DNA of 64,000 nt from Nannocystales bacterium (GTDB lineage Bacteria; Myxococcota_A; Polyangia; Nannocystales; Nannocystaceae). The DNA lies in assembly GCA_050633305.1 (NCBI GenBank), contig JBOEGF010000001.1, positions 64,001 to 128,000 of the forward strand, read 5' to 3'. The position numbers were made by a program, and so were the translations under genes. Positions 9,286 through 18,965 of the stretch are shown here, piece after piece. Every line of letters starts with the position of its first letter. Position 1 is the first letter of the stretch. The notes under the pieces are model-generated. The model saw only the letters and a list, made by a program, of their open reading frames with translations, searched no databases and was not told where the DNA came from.

Positions 9286-11205
9286 ATGGTGGAGCGCTTG
9301 TGGCTGTTGTTTTTCGTGTTTGCGCTACCCGCGTGCACGAATTCCGGGGTGTTCACCTGCTTCGACGACGGCTCCTGCGCCAAGGGTAGTCTCACGGGCC
9401 GGTGTGAAGCCAACGGCTACTGCAGCTTCCCGGACGAGACGTGTGTCTCGGGCCGGAGATACGGGGCGCTTGCGCCCGGCGGCCTCGCGGACCGCTGCTT
9501 GTCTCCGGAGGCGGCTGGCGAGACCGATTCGGACAGCGCAGGTGAGGGCACTCCGGAGCCCGCGGTTTGCGGGGATGGCGTGCGTGAGCAGGACGAGGCC
9601 TGCGACGGGACTGAGCTTGGGGACAGCACCTGTGCGAGCGAGGGCTTCGCGAGCGGTCCGTTGCGCTGCAACCCGGACTGCACGCTCGACGTCGGGCTGT
9701 GCACGCAATGCGGCGATGGTGCGATCGATGCGGGCGAAGAGTGTGACGGGGCGAGTTTCGCCGACGCGAGCAGCTGCGCCGACGTCGGTCTCGGTGAACC
9801 CACGGAGCCGCTGGGCTGCACGGACGATTGCCGCATCGAGTTCTCGGAATGCTCCGCCTGCGGCGACGGCATGGTCACCCCTCCGGAGGTCTGCGACGGC
9901 GATGATATCGGCGAGCAAACATGTGCCGGCCTCGGCTTCGAAGGCGGCACGGTGTCGTGCCTCGAGGGGTGTGTCGTCGACACGTCGGGCTGCACGGCGT
10001 GTGGAAACGGAATGCGTGAGGGGACGGAGCCGTGCGACAGCCCTGACCTTGGGGACGCGGACTGCCAGTCGTTGGACTTCGACGGTGGAGCGCTGGGCTG
10101 CAACGCCGACTGCTCGTTCGACACCACCAACTGTTCGACCTGCGGAGACGGGATGGTGACCGGCGCTGAAGAGTGCGACGGCGAGAATGTCGGCGGCGCA
10201 ACATGCCAGGGCGAGGGAATGGCCGAGGGGGAGATCGCCTGCAACGCGGATTGCACGTTGGACACCTCCGACTGCAGCACCTGCGACAACGGGGTCCAGG
10301 AGGGCTCGGAGATCTGTGACACCACCCCCCCCGCGGGCGTCTCGTGTGACTCGCTTGGCTTCGATGGGGGCACGCTCGTGTGCACCGCGGAATGTGTCTA
10401 CGACATCGAGGGATGCGTCGGCTCAGGCTGCGGAGACGGTGCTCCGTGTGCCGCCGGTGAGGTGGAGCAGGAGTCTTGTGGCCTGTGCGGGAGCCGTTCT
10501 CGCACCTGCACGCCGGACTGTATCTGGGGGGCGTGGAGCAGCTGTACCGGAGAGGGCACGTGTCCCGCCGGCGACGTTGCGGAGGAGAGCTGTGGCGACT
10601 GCGGAACCCGAACCCGCACGTGCAACGCTTCGTGTGGCTGGAACAGCTGGGGCACGTGCACCGGCCAAGGTGTCTGCAGTCCCGCCGACGACCAGCAGCA
10701 GAGCTGCGGAAACTGTGGAACGCAGACGCGAACGTGCAGCGGAAGTTGCGGGTGGAACGCTTGGACGGCCTGCGCCGGCGAGGGCGTGTGCGCCTCGGGT
10801 GCCAACGAGGAGGAAGGCTGTGGCAACTGCGGGACCCGGACCCGGACCTGCAACGGCAGCTGTGGGTGGGGGTCGTGGGGGTCGTGCGGCGGTGAGGGCG
10901 TCTGTGCGGCTGGCGAAGTCGAGGAGGAGGCCTGCGGCAACTGTGGCACCCGGACCCGCACCTGCTCGGCCGGCTGCGGCTGGGGGTCGTGGAGTGCCTG
11001 CACCGGAGCGGGGACCTGCTCACCGGGCGCGACCCAGACGGACAACAACTGTGCGAACTGCGGAGGAGGCTCAAGGACCCGCACGTGCTCGGCGAGTTGC
11101 GAGTGGGGCTCGTACGGCTCGTGTGTAGGGGGTACGCAGTGCTCTGGCGGGCAGATTTGTGTTTGCGAGGGGTTCTGTGGGTCGATGGGCAACCAGTGTC
11201 CCTAA
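9286..11205 (+). CDS. Cys-rich repeat lipoprotein (myxobacterial CGDG repeats plus TSP1-like repeats)
   Basis: Lipobox LPAC; about 6 repeats of ~47 aa CGDG..E.CDG; 6 repeats of ~38 aa CGNCGTRTRTC...CGWGSWGSC. Confidence 0.85.
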   Translation: MVERLWLLFFVFALPACTNSGVFTCFDDGSCAKGSLTGRCEANGYCSFPDETCVSGRRYGALAPGGLADRCLSPEAAGETDSDSAGEGTPEPAVCGDGVREQDEACDGTELGDSTCASEGFASGPLRCNPDCTLDVGLCTQCGDGAIDAGEECDGASFADASSCADVGLGEPTEPLGCTDDCRIEFSECSACGDGMVTPPEVCDGDDIGEQTCAGLGFEGGTVSCLEGCVVDTSGCTACGNGMREGTEPCDSPDLGDADCQSLDFDGGALGCNADCSFDTTNCSTCGDGMVTGAEECDGENVGGATCQGEGMAEGEIACNADCTLDTSDCSTCDNGVQEGSEICDTTPPAGVSCDSLGFDGGTLVCTAECVYDIEGCVGSGCGDGAPCAAGEVEQESCGLCGSRSRTCTPDCIWGAWSSCTGEGTCPAGDVAEESCGDCGTRTRTCNASCGWNSWGTCTGQGVCSPADDQQQSCGNCGTQTRTCSGSCGWNAWTACAGEGVCASGANEEEGCGNCGTRTRTCNGSCGWGSWGSCGGEGVCAAGEVEEEACGNCGTRTRTCSAGCGWGSWSACTGAGTCSPGATQTDNNCANCGGGSRTRTCSASCEWGSYGSCVGGTQCSGGQICVCEGFCGSMGNQCP

Positions 11206-11241
11206 CCGGGGGAGGGTGAACTCCCACAGTGCCCGGGGTCG

Positions 11242-12129
11242 CTACAGCGCACGAAGTGACTCGGGCTTGAGCCGCCGCTCGTCGCGGTCCGCGATGACCT
11301 TGTCCAAGGCATCGAGGACAGCCGCCTTGTCTCGCGGCAGGGTGCAGCGGACGGGGAGATAGTTCGAGGCGTGGTTGGCGGAGAACCGGCACTCGCTGAG
11401 TTCGACGCCCGCGACGATCTCTCGGAGCTCCTCGAGCATCCGGAACTTGCTGGGAAGACGGAACGAGCCCGCGGCCTCCATCTCCGCAAGGGGCGTCCCG
11501 GGGACCACGGTCGTCGTGAGCGCGCCGACGTAGGTCGGATCCATCTCGGAGAGCGTCGCGGCGGTGTTGCGCGCGTGCTGCTTGCTGAGGTCTTCGCCGC
11601 CCACGCCGAGCAGCACCATCACGGAGTGCGCGATGCCGGCATCACGAAGCTTGGCCGCCGAGGTGATCGACTCTTCGCGGGTCCCACCCTTGTCGATGCG
11701 TTCGAGCACCGCTTCGTCGCCGCTTTCCATGCCGTGATAGACGATGCCCAACCCCGCTTCGCGTAGCGTGGTGAGCTCGGCGACCGACTTGCGCCCGATG
11801 CTCCGGGTATCGCCGTAGGTTCCGACGCGCTCGACCCACGGGAGCTTGGTGCGGATGGCCTCGAGGATGGGCAGCAGCTTCTTCGTCGGCAGGATCAGCG
11901 CGTCCCCATCGCACAGGAACACGCGGCGAAACTGTGGACCGGTCTGCTTGCAGAGCTCTGCGGCCTCGTCGATGTCCGCGAGAACCGTGTCGACAGGCTT
12001 GGGTCGGAACTGCTTGTCCCGATACATGTCGCAGTAGACGCAGCGGTTGTGGCTGCAGCCGATCGTGACCTGCACCAGGAAACTGTTGGCCTCGCTGGGC
12101 GGGCGGAAGATGCGGCCGACGTAGTCCAT
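11242..12129 (-). CDS. Radical SAM protein, uncharacterised
   Basis: MDYVGRIFRPPSEANS, CSHNRCVYC motif, FLCDGDAL, GMESGD, ANHASNYL. Confidence 0.9.
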   Translation of the reverse strand: MDYVGRIFRPPSEANSFLVQVTIGCSHNRCVYCDMYRDKQFRPKPVDTVLADIDEAAELCKQTGPQFRRVFLCDGDALILPTKKLLPILEAIRTKLPWVERVGTYGDTRSIGRKSVAELTTLREAGLGIVYHGMESGDEAVLERIDKGGTREESITSAAKLRDAGIAHSVMVLLGVGGEDLSKQHARNTAATLSEMDPTYVGALTTTVVPGTPLAEMEAAGSFRLPSKFRMLEELREIVAGVELSECRFSANHASNYLPVRCTLPRDKAAVLDALDKVIADRDERRLKPESLRAL

Positions 12130-12190
12130 GCGTGACAGCGTCGATCGCTTTGCCCCGACTCGCAAGGCTTTCGCGAACCGGGTCGTCCCT

Positions 12191-12985
12191 CTAGTAGTGG
12201 TAGATGAGTTCGTATGCGGTGCAGGCGTCCTCGGCTTGGTCGACCCGCATGAAGACCTGCATGTTGTCCTCGAGCACGCCCGAGCAGTTGGCGTCGCCCA
12301 GGACCACCCCTGCAGGGGCACAGCACCCCGGGCGTCCCAAGGGAGAGGTCGCAGCCTCGGTCTCGGCCGGACACTCGAACTCCGTGTCTTCGATGCCGCC
12401 TTCGCACTCGGCAAACTTGCACAGCCGCAGCCCACCGCTGGCCTTCACGAATCGAGCGGGGTCGACGTTGGACAGGATGTCGTCGTCCCCGGTGTAGCGA
12501 TACCAATCCACGTCATCGGGGCCGTCGAGTGTCCCGAAAACTGAGCCTCCGTCGCCGTCGTCGTCGCTGATCTCACCGAGAAGGGTGGGGGTCGCCTCCT
12601 CGTCGTTCGGTTCGAGCAGGTCGCTCTCGCAGGCTGAGGGGGGCGCGCACAGGCCGTCGGTGCAGGCGAGCCCGTCGGTGCAGGTTTCGCCGTCGCACGC
12701 ACAGCCGAGGGTGCCGAGGGGGCATCCGGTGCTTTCGCTCGAGCTCTCTGCGGCGTCGGTGGTGTCCGCCGAGGAGCCGGTCGAGGTCGACGACGCGGTG
12801 CCAGTGCCACCGGTGGGGGCCGAATCCGACGCACTGATCGCGGTCGTGCTCGGCGGCGTGCCGCTCGAGCTGTCATCACCAGTCGACGTGCCGCCGGAGC
12901 TGCCCGGGTTGACGCCCCCCGGAGCGTCGGTGTCGCCGCACGCAGAGAGGACCAACGCAAACGCAAGCAAACCAAAGCACCGCAT
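12191..12985 (-). CDS. Lipoprotein with Ser/Thr linker, Cys-rich module and PPC-like domain
   Basis: Lipobox LSAC; EPND, DDVDWY. Confidence 0.75.
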   Translation of the reverse strand: MRCFGLLAFALVLSACGDTDAPGGVNPGSSGGTSTGDDSSSGTPPSTTAISASDSAPTGGTGTASSTSTGSSADTTDAAESSSESTGCPLGTLGCACDGETCTDGLACTDGLCAPPSACESDLLEPNDEEATPTLLGEISDDDGDGGSVFGTLDGPDDVDWYRYTGDDDILSNVDPARFVKASGGLRLCKFAECEGGIEDTEFECPAETEAATSPLGRPGCCAPAGVVLGDANCSGVLEDNMQVFMRVDQAEDACTAYELIYHY

Positions 12986-13063
12986 CGAGACCGACCCTAC
13001 CAGCCCCGCGGAGCAGCGGCGAGGCGGCTGGGGCGGGGTTTCAGGGACGCATGCGGAGGTGCG

Positions 13064-13927
13064 CTACTCGCCAGCGTCGATCACCAGGACGCCCGCACCG
13101 GATTCGAAGGCGACGTCAAAGCAGACTCCACGCGTCGGGAGTTCACCAGGCGAGAGGGACAGCTCCCCCTCGATACCGATCTTGCGCTGGGCCATGTTCA
13201 CGATGAGGCCTGCGAAATCCGCGAGCAGGACGGGAGCCAGCTGGTGGGCCCAAGAAGCCGTGGCCGCTCTTCCCCGAGAGCCCAGCCCCGTGGCGACGCC
13301 GTGTGCGACCGAGACGCCCAGCGATAGCCCCTTACCTCCTCTGGCTGAGGCCGTGGCGTGGACGTCGAGCCCGTCGTTGTCCCAGGTCCGGGGCGAGCTG
13401 AAGCGCATCGTGGAGCCGATCGTGCGTCGGGCCACCCGTGGAATGAGGTCCGCCGTCATGCGGGCAAGCGGGGATGCAGCCGTGGGCAGGCTCGGGGCAG
13501 GCCAGTGGTTCTCGCGGTCATAGACGCGCAGATGTTCTTCGAGCGCAGTGGAGGTCACCGCGCCGACCTCGACCAGCGCGTCGCCAAAACGCAGGTTTTC
13601 GACCGCTTGTTCGGCGCACAAGGATTCGAGCTGGTCCCCGCCGAGCCCCATCGAAGCGGCGAGTTCGAAGAAACGCTCGTCGACCTGACGCTGGGCATCG
13701 AGAATGCTCTGGACTTGGTCGTCGGAGAGCAGACCTTCACCGACGGCGATCTCGCCCACCGGGCTGTTGACCAGGCGCATCAGCTCGAGCGCCTCGGAGA
13801 CGTCCACCGCTCGGATGACGCCCTCCTCCACGAGGTACTGGCCGAAAAGGCGCGGAAGGCGACGCCGCGTGAGCGGGACGGCGAGTTGCACAGGGCGGGC
13901 CGTTTCGAACTCTGATTGCTGCTCCAT
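13064..13927 (-). CDS. Protein with MshEN-like helical repeats and degenerate CheX-like C-terminus
   Basis: RLFGQYLVEEGVI, PVGEIAVGEGLLS, RFGDALVEVGAVT; C-terminal LADFAGLIVNMAQRKI...LSPG. Confidence 0.55.
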   Translation of the reverse strand: MEQQSEFETARPVQLAVPLTRRRLPRLFGQYLVEEGVIRAVDVSEALELMRLVNSPVGEIAVGEGLLSDDQVQSILDAQRQVDERFFELAASMGLGGDQLESLCAEQAVENLRFGDALVEVGAVTSTALEEHLRVYDRENHWPAPSLPTAASPLARMTADLIPRVARRTIGSTMRFSSPRTWDNDGLDVHATASARGGKGLSLGVSVAHGVATGLGSRGRAATASWAHQLAPVLLADFAGLIVNMAQRKIGIEGELSLSPGELPTRGVCFDVAFESGAGVLVIDAGE

Positions 13928-14043
13928 GGTGTCGCTTAGGGCCATCGTCCAGCCTCTGGGACCCTTGAAAGCGCGGCGCGCCCGCATCGCTGTTTCGTGG
14001 TCGAGCCGCGTCCATCAACACCGGAGGATGGCGGCCACAAAGA

Positions 14044-14655
14044 ATGGATTCTACACTGCGCGCGATGGACCCCGCCGTCTACGCCACTGCGAAAGCCGTC
14101 CACATCGTCGGCTTCATCAGCTGGTTCGCCGGGTTGTTCTACATCGTACGGCTGTTCATCTATCACGCCGAGGCGAGCGAGCGTCCACAGGCCGAGCGGG
14201 AGATTCTGCTGCCGCAGCTCGAACTGATGGCGGGTCGTCTGTGGAAGATCATCACCGTCCCTGCGTCGTTTCTCACCTTCGGCGGTGGCATCACGATGGT
14301 GGTCGGGGGTTGGCCGTTCGCATCATGGCTGCATTGGAAGTTTCTGTGGCTGGCGCTTCTGGTCGCGTACCACGTGAGCTGCGGAGTCATCCGCAAGCGG
14401 CAGCTCGCGCGCGACTTCGGTTGGAGCTCGAACCGCCTGCGGATGTTCAACGAACTCGCGACCATGCTGATGGTTGCCATCGTGTTCACAGCGGTGTTCA
14501 AGGTCGCGATGACAGCTGCGTACGGGGTGGCGGGCTTGCTGGGCCTTGGGCTGTCGTTGATGTTTGGGCTGCGGGCGTATCGCAAACTCCGAGAACGCAC
14601 GGCCTCGACGCCGACGCCGCCCGAGTCGACTCCCGAGACCCGCCCGCAGGCGTAG
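14044..14655 (+). CDS. hemJ: Protoporphyrinogen oxidase HemJ (CopD/UPF0093 family)
   Basis: KAVHIVGFISWFAGLFYIVRLFIYHAEA, WLHWK, RMFNE..T; start may be 14065. Confidence 0.9.
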   Translation: MDSTLRAMDPAVYATAKAVHIVGFISWFAGLFYIVRLFIYHAEASERPQAEREILLPQLELMAGRLWKIITVPASFLTFGGGITMVVGGWPFASWLHWKFLWLALLVAYHVSCGVIRKRQLARDFGWSSNRLRMFNELATMLMVAIVFTAVFKVAMTAAYGVAGLLGLGLSLMFGLRAYRKLRERTASTPTPPESTPETRPQA

Positions 14656-14690
14656 CGGTCACAGCGCAGCTCTGGCACCATGGCGGCGGG

Positions 14691-15617
14691 ATGTTGATGC
14701 AACGATGCCTTGGTGTGGTGGCCGTGCTCGCGATCGCGGCGTGTGATTCTGGCGCTTCGGCGGGGGAGACCGACGGGGGAACCGAAGGAGCGTCATCCTC
14801 TGCGACGACCGGAGCCGATACCAGCGGAGTCCCGACGACGAACCCTGGAAATGGCGATGCGAGCGCGAGCGGCACGACGGACGCTTCGAGCACCTCTTCG
14901 GGCGACTCCTCCGGCGGTTCCACGGGGGCCACCGGCCTCCCCGACGGGCAGGGATGCTGCGACCCGCATCAGCAAGAAGGGTGTGAGGAGGCTGCGGTCG
15001 AAGAGTGCGTGTGCGCGGCTCTTCCTCAGTGCTGCGTGTTCTCTTGGGACGAGGAGTGTGCCGACCTCGCACAGGCGCGGTGCGAAGCAACATGCGAGTC
15101 GGACGAGTCGGGTTCGACGGGGGCGGAGTCCGGGTCGGAGACCGGCTCGGACACCTCGGTGGGAGCGTGCGAGGAGCCGGTCGTCCTCGAGCTGGGGGCG
15201 GACGTGGCCGCGCTCACCGGCAACTGGGTTCCCAGCGAGTCCGAGGTCGGGGAAGGCGACATCGCAGTGCTGATGGGCGGAACCAACGGCGCAGTCACCT
15301 GGGACATCGACGTACCCTGCGACGACACTTGGTTCATCTGGGTTCGCTACTGGGAGCAAGGCAGCGACGACTCCTACTTCGTGACCGTGGACGGTGCACC
15401 AGAGGTGCCGGCGATCTTCGAAGGCGACTGCGGCAACGGGGGGCAGGGGTACAGCTGGCGACTTCTCAACGAACGTGCCGACGCTCCCTGCGTCTATACC
15501 CAAGACCCCTGGGCGCCGCAGTGGGAGACCGGAAACCACGAGGTTGCGTTCTCGTATCGCGAGTCGATCGCGATCGCCCGGATCGTGGTGACCAACGATC
15601 CCGAATACGCTCCGTAG
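14691..15617 (+). CDS. Lipoprotein with Cys-rich module and C-terminal CBM-like beta-sandwich
   Basis: Lipobox IAAC; CC...WDEEC module; W.IWVR....DDSYFVTVDG. Confidence 0.7.
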   Translation: MLMQRCLGVVAVLAIAACDSGASAGETDGGTEGASSSATTGADTSGVPTTNPGNGDASASGTTDASSTSSGDSSGGSTGATGLPDGQGCCDPHQQEGCEEAAVEECVCAALPQCCVFSWDEECADLAQARCEATCESDESGSTGAESGSETGSDTSVGACEEPVVLELGADVAALTGNWVPSESEVGEGDIAVLMGGTNGAVTWDIDVPCDDTWFIWVRYWEQGSDDSYFVTVDGAPEVPAIFEGDCGNGGQGYSWRLLNERADAPCVYTQDPWAPQWETGNHEVAFSYRESIAIARIVVTNDPEYAP

Positions 15618-15699
15618 CCTTCGTAGGCTGCCTCAGCAAAGCAACACGGCGGCCGTTCGCCCGCGGGGGGCCCATGGCATTCTGCTACCGTCGCGAGCC

Positions 15700-17244
15700 A
15701 TGGGTGAACGGTCGGGTTTGTGGCGATGCGGCGCGCTCCTGCTGGTCGCGACGGGGTGTTCGGGGTCCGAGGAGACCGACACCGACGCGGTTTCGGTGAC
15801 CTCGAGTTCAGATGCCTCGGGCACAACGCAGGGGTCGGGGAGCGGACCAGGGACGACAGTCGGCACGTCGGGACAGGACACGGAGAGCACGGGTTCTGAC
15901 CCATCCTCGGATGAGACGGGTACCCCGCCAACTTCGGGTGTTGGGGCGCGCCTGTTCAACGTTGCGATGGATCGACCCGACCCGCGGTGGGAGGCGCTCC
16001 CCGACGCGTTGTCGACCGTGCAGCTGAGCGGCACGTATACGCTCGAGGCGACGGTTCCGGTGGGCGTTGCCAGCGTGCGCCTCACATTGGATGGGGGCGA
16101 TTCGGTGCTCGATGTCGAGGCACCGTTCCGGTGGACCGAGGACGCGCAGGGCAACGCGGCAGCGATGGAACTAGCCCCCGGGGAGTACAGCTTGCGGGTG
16201 GAGGGGTTCAGTTCGGACGAGGCTTCGGGGGCCCCCGCGTACAGTGGCGACATCGCGTTCGAGTTGACGACGCGGGGCACCAACGAGAGCCCTGGTGCTC
16301 ACGCCGTGCACCGGATCTGGCAGACGGCGGACGGGACGTTCGTCACCCGCGACGCGAAGGGGAACTTCATCGACGCGGACGGAACGGTGGTGTTCCCCGC
16401 GGCGTCGGTGAGTGAGGTCGAGCAGGGCGGCGAGGGACAGCGGCACGTGCTCATCGACGGTTCTGCCGACGCGATCGTATTCGCCTTCATGGTGGCGCTT
16501 CCCGATGGCTTCGATGCCGAGGTCCCCTACCCGCTGGTCGTCTTCCTGCACCATGGCTGGGGGGTCTACCGGGGGACCGACAACGACGGGCTTCCGCTCG
16601 ATGCTCCGTTGTTCGCCGGCCCTCGTTCGCTGATTGCAGAGTCCGACGAGCACGCACGTTTTCCGGCGGTCGTGCTCATCCCCCAGATGCGCGGGGTCGA
16701 GACCGTCGAGGGCATCACGCACGAATGGGCGGCGTTCTCCAGCATCACCGACGGGACGTCAAACTCGGGGCCGGAGCTGTCGAACAACTTCGTGCCGGTT
16801 CTCGAGGTGATCGATCGCCTCGAGACGGGGGAACTCTCGGTGGACGCTCAGCGGCCACGCGTCGACCCTCACCGGGTCTATGTCGCTGGGCACTCGATGG
16901 GCGGCCTGGGCTCGTGGGATGTGCTGGCCCGAATGCCGGATCGTTGGGCGGCTGGGGTCCCGATGGCGGGCTATGCCGACCACGCGCGAGCGGTCGAGTT
17001 GAGCGACACGCCGATCTGGGCGTTCCACCACGAGAACGACTGCTACAACCCCGCCAGTGGCACGCAGGCCATGCTCGGGTTGGTCACGGAGACCCACGGC
17101 GGCACGCGCATGCGCTATACGTTGCAGAGGTTCGATACGGGGGGTGCCTGCGATCAGGCGCACTTCCAGACGCCGAACTACGCATGGAATGAGGAGCCCG
17201 GGCTCTTCGAGTGGATGTTCGGCCAGGTCAACGACCGCCTCTGA
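15700..17244 (+). CDS. Lipoprotein with alpha/beta-hydrolase domain (predicted esterase/peptidase)
   Basis: Lipobox ATGC; YPLVVFLH, VDPHRVYVAGHSMGG, PIWAFH. Confidence 0.85.
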   Translation: MGERSGLWRCGALLLVATGCSGSEETDTDAVSVTSSSDASGTTQGSGSGPGTTVGTSGQDTESTGSDPSSDETGTPPTSGVGARLFNVAMDRPDPRWEALPDALSTVQLSGTYTLEATVPVGVASVRLTLDGGDSVLDVEAPFRWTEDAQGNAAAMELAPGEYSLRVEGFSSDEASGAPAYSGDIAFELTTRGTNESPGAHAVHRIWQTADGTFVTRDAKGNFIDADGTVVFPAASVSEVEQGGEGQRHVLIDGSADAIVFAFMVALPDGFDAEVPYPLVVFLHHGWGVYRGTDNDGLPLDAPLFAGPRSLIAESDEHARFPAVVLIPQMRGVETVEGITHEWAAFSSITDGTSNSGPELSNNFVPVLEVIDRLETGELSVDAQRPRVDPHRVYVAGHSMGGLGSWDVLARMPDRWAAGVPMAGYADHARAVELSDTPIWAFHHENDCYNPASGTQAMLGLVTETHGGTRMRYTLQRFDTGGACDQAHFQTPNYAWNEEPGLFEWMFGQVNDRL

Positions 17245-17254
17245 TGCCCACACG

Positions 17255-17293
17255 AACAAGGCCGCCACCGGAGTGTCCGGGAGCGGCCTTGTT
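17255..17293. terminator. Bidirectional terminator between convergent genes
   Basis: aacaaggccgc-caccggagtgtccggga-gcggccttgtt. Confidence 0.8.
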
Positions 17294-17318
17294 GTGAGGG
17301 GGAGTTGATGGCGGCTGC

Positions 17319-18788
17319 CTATTGCAGAACCTTGAACTCGATCCGGCGGTTCTTGCTCCGGCCCTTCGAGGTCTTGTTGCTCTCGCGTGGAGTGGTCTCA
17401 CCCGCGCCGCGCGTCTCGAGCCGGTCGGAGCCGATGCCATGGTCGATGAAGTACTGCTTCACCGATTCTGCGCGGCGCTGCGACAGCTCCTGGTTGGACT
17501 CTTCGCTGCCGCGGTCGTCGGTGTGGCCGCTGACTTCCATGCGAACGTGGGGGAACTTCTTGAGCACCTCGACCGCGTTGTCGAGCTTGGGCAGGGAACG
17601 CTTCTTGATGGTCGCCTTGCCCGTGTCGAAGTAGATGCCTTCGATGACGCCGGTGAACTTCGCCAGCTCCTTGGGAATCTCGTCGACGCATCCGTCGTCG
17701 TCCTCGAAGCCGTTGATGTTCTCCGGGACGTCGATGCACTTGTCATCGGGGTCGAGGATGCCGTCGCCGTCGGTGTCTGGGATTGGGCAGCCTTTGTAGG
17801 CATCGACGCCGGCGACATCGACACATTCGTCGTCAGGGTCGAGGATGCCGTCGCCGTCGGTGTCGGGGACCGGGCAGCCTTCAAACTCGGTCACACCTGG
17901 CTCTTCGACGCACTTGTCGTCGGGGTCGAGGATGCCGTCGCCGTCGGTGTCGGGGATCGGACAGCCTTCGTACTCGGTCACGCCGGGCACGTCGACGCAC
18001 TTGTCGTCAGGGTCGAGGATGCCGTCGCCGTCGGTGTCCAGAATCGGCGCCGGGGCGGGTTCGGCCTTCTTGCGACCCAGGGCCAACGAAACTCCGAACA
18101 GAATGTCGACGCTGTGTACGACGCCGGACTGAAGCCCACGGCGTGCGGTGATGTTGTCACGTGCCTCCAGGCGCAGTGTGGTCTGTCGGTCGAGGAAGAA
18201 CTTGAGGCCGCCGCCGAAGTGCGCGGCAGCATCGAGGTCGGTGCCGACCGCGGAACGGCGGCTGGCGACGCCCAGCCCGCCCGCACCTGCGAGAAGGAAC
18301 GGGGTGATGCTGCGGGGGATCAGGTTGGCGACGAGGTGCCCGCGAAGTGCGAACAGCGTGGCCTGCTGCCCATCCGGCACCTCGTTGGGCATCACGGCAC
18401 CCTCGAACTCGAGTCCGAGGAAGCGGCTGGGGTAGTACGCCAGACGGCCACCGACCTCGGCCGAGACATCCTTGAACGGTTTGTAGCCCTGGTCGTCGAC
18501 GGTGGGGTCGAGCGTGGCTTGAAACAACTCCAGCCGAGGGTGGGGCAGGAAGACGCCCCCGAACACGCCGACCTCCACCATGTTCCGTTCCGGCCCCCAG
18601 CGGCGGATCCAGGGCAGCTCACCACGGTCCTTCGGAGGCTCAGCCTCAGGGGCCGCGGCCGCGCCTGCTGCGTCCGCTCCGTCCAGGCTGACCGACGCAT
18701 CGGCATCGGCATCGGGAGCGGCAAGCGCGTGAGCGGGAACGAGAGCGAATCCGAGGGAGGGGAGAATAGCGAGCAGGCGCATCGTCAT
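17319..18788 (-). CDS. OmpA-family protein (beta-barrel + thrombospondin type 3 repeats + OmpA_C), paralog 1
   Basis: Signal peptide; 4x DTDGDGILDPDDKC; IYFDTGKATI, SGHTDDRG, LSQRRAESV, KNRRIEF. Confidence 0.9.
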   Translation of the reverse strand: MTMRLLAILPSLGFALVPAHALAAPDADADASVSLDGADAAGAAAAPEAEPPKDRGELPWIRRWGPERNMVEVGVFGGVFLPHPRLELFQATLDPTVDDQGYKPFKDVSAEVGGRLAYYPSRFLGLEFEGAVMPNEVPDGQQATLFALRGHLVANLIPRSITPFLLAGAGGLGVASRRSAVGTDLDAAAHFGGGLKFFLDRQTTLRLEARDNITARRGLQSGVVHSVDILFGVSLALGRKKAEPAPAPILDTDGDGILDPDDKCVDVPGVTEYEGCPIPDTDGDGILDPDDKCVEEPGVTEFEGCPVPDTDGDGILDPDDECVDVAGVDAYKGCPIPDTDGDGILDPDDKCIDVPENINGFEDDDGCVDEIPKELAKFTGVIEGIYFDTGKATIKKRSLPKLDNAVEVLKKFPHVRMEVSGHTDDRGSEESNQELSQRRAESVKQYFIDHGIGSDRLETRGAGETTPRESNKTSKGRSKNRRIEFKVLQ

Positions 18789-18830
18789 GGTCCGTTGGCG
18801 GGTTGCAGTCCCGGCCTCGGAGTAACGCAA

Positions 18831-18846
18831 AGCAGGAATCGAACCA
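18831..18846 (-). promoter_or_regulatory. Putative sigma54 -24/-12 promoter
   Basis: TGGTTCG-ATTC-CTGCT (GG-N10-GC) about 40 bp upstream of the OmpA start. Confidence 0.55.
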
Positions 18847-18965
18847 AGTTTCCGCGGCGGCCTAACTGCATGAAATGACCGGACCCCGGGGCTGTTCGCG
18901 GCACCTAGGACCGGGTCGGGGGGCCCGCGAGGACGGTGCACACGTCCAAGGAGGCCCCAGGAGGG

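Noticed and set aside
11242..12129. Radical SAM gene next to a Cys-rich protein as a possible RiPP (ranthipeptide) system
   Set aside because: The genes are convergent, the Cys-rich protein is a large exported lipoprotein, and the enzyme shows no SPASM or RRE domain.
13704..14690. Long N-terminal extension of ORF 13704-15617
   Set aside because: It overlaps hemJ in another frame; the lipoprotein signal begins at ~14691.
17745..18040. ~30-bp direct repeats (gggtcgaggatgccgtcgccgtcggtgtc) at 90-bp period, superficially CRISPR-like
   Set aside because: They are in-frame TSP3 (DTDGDGILDPDD) coding repeats of the OmpA gene; the spacers resemble each other and there are no cas genes.
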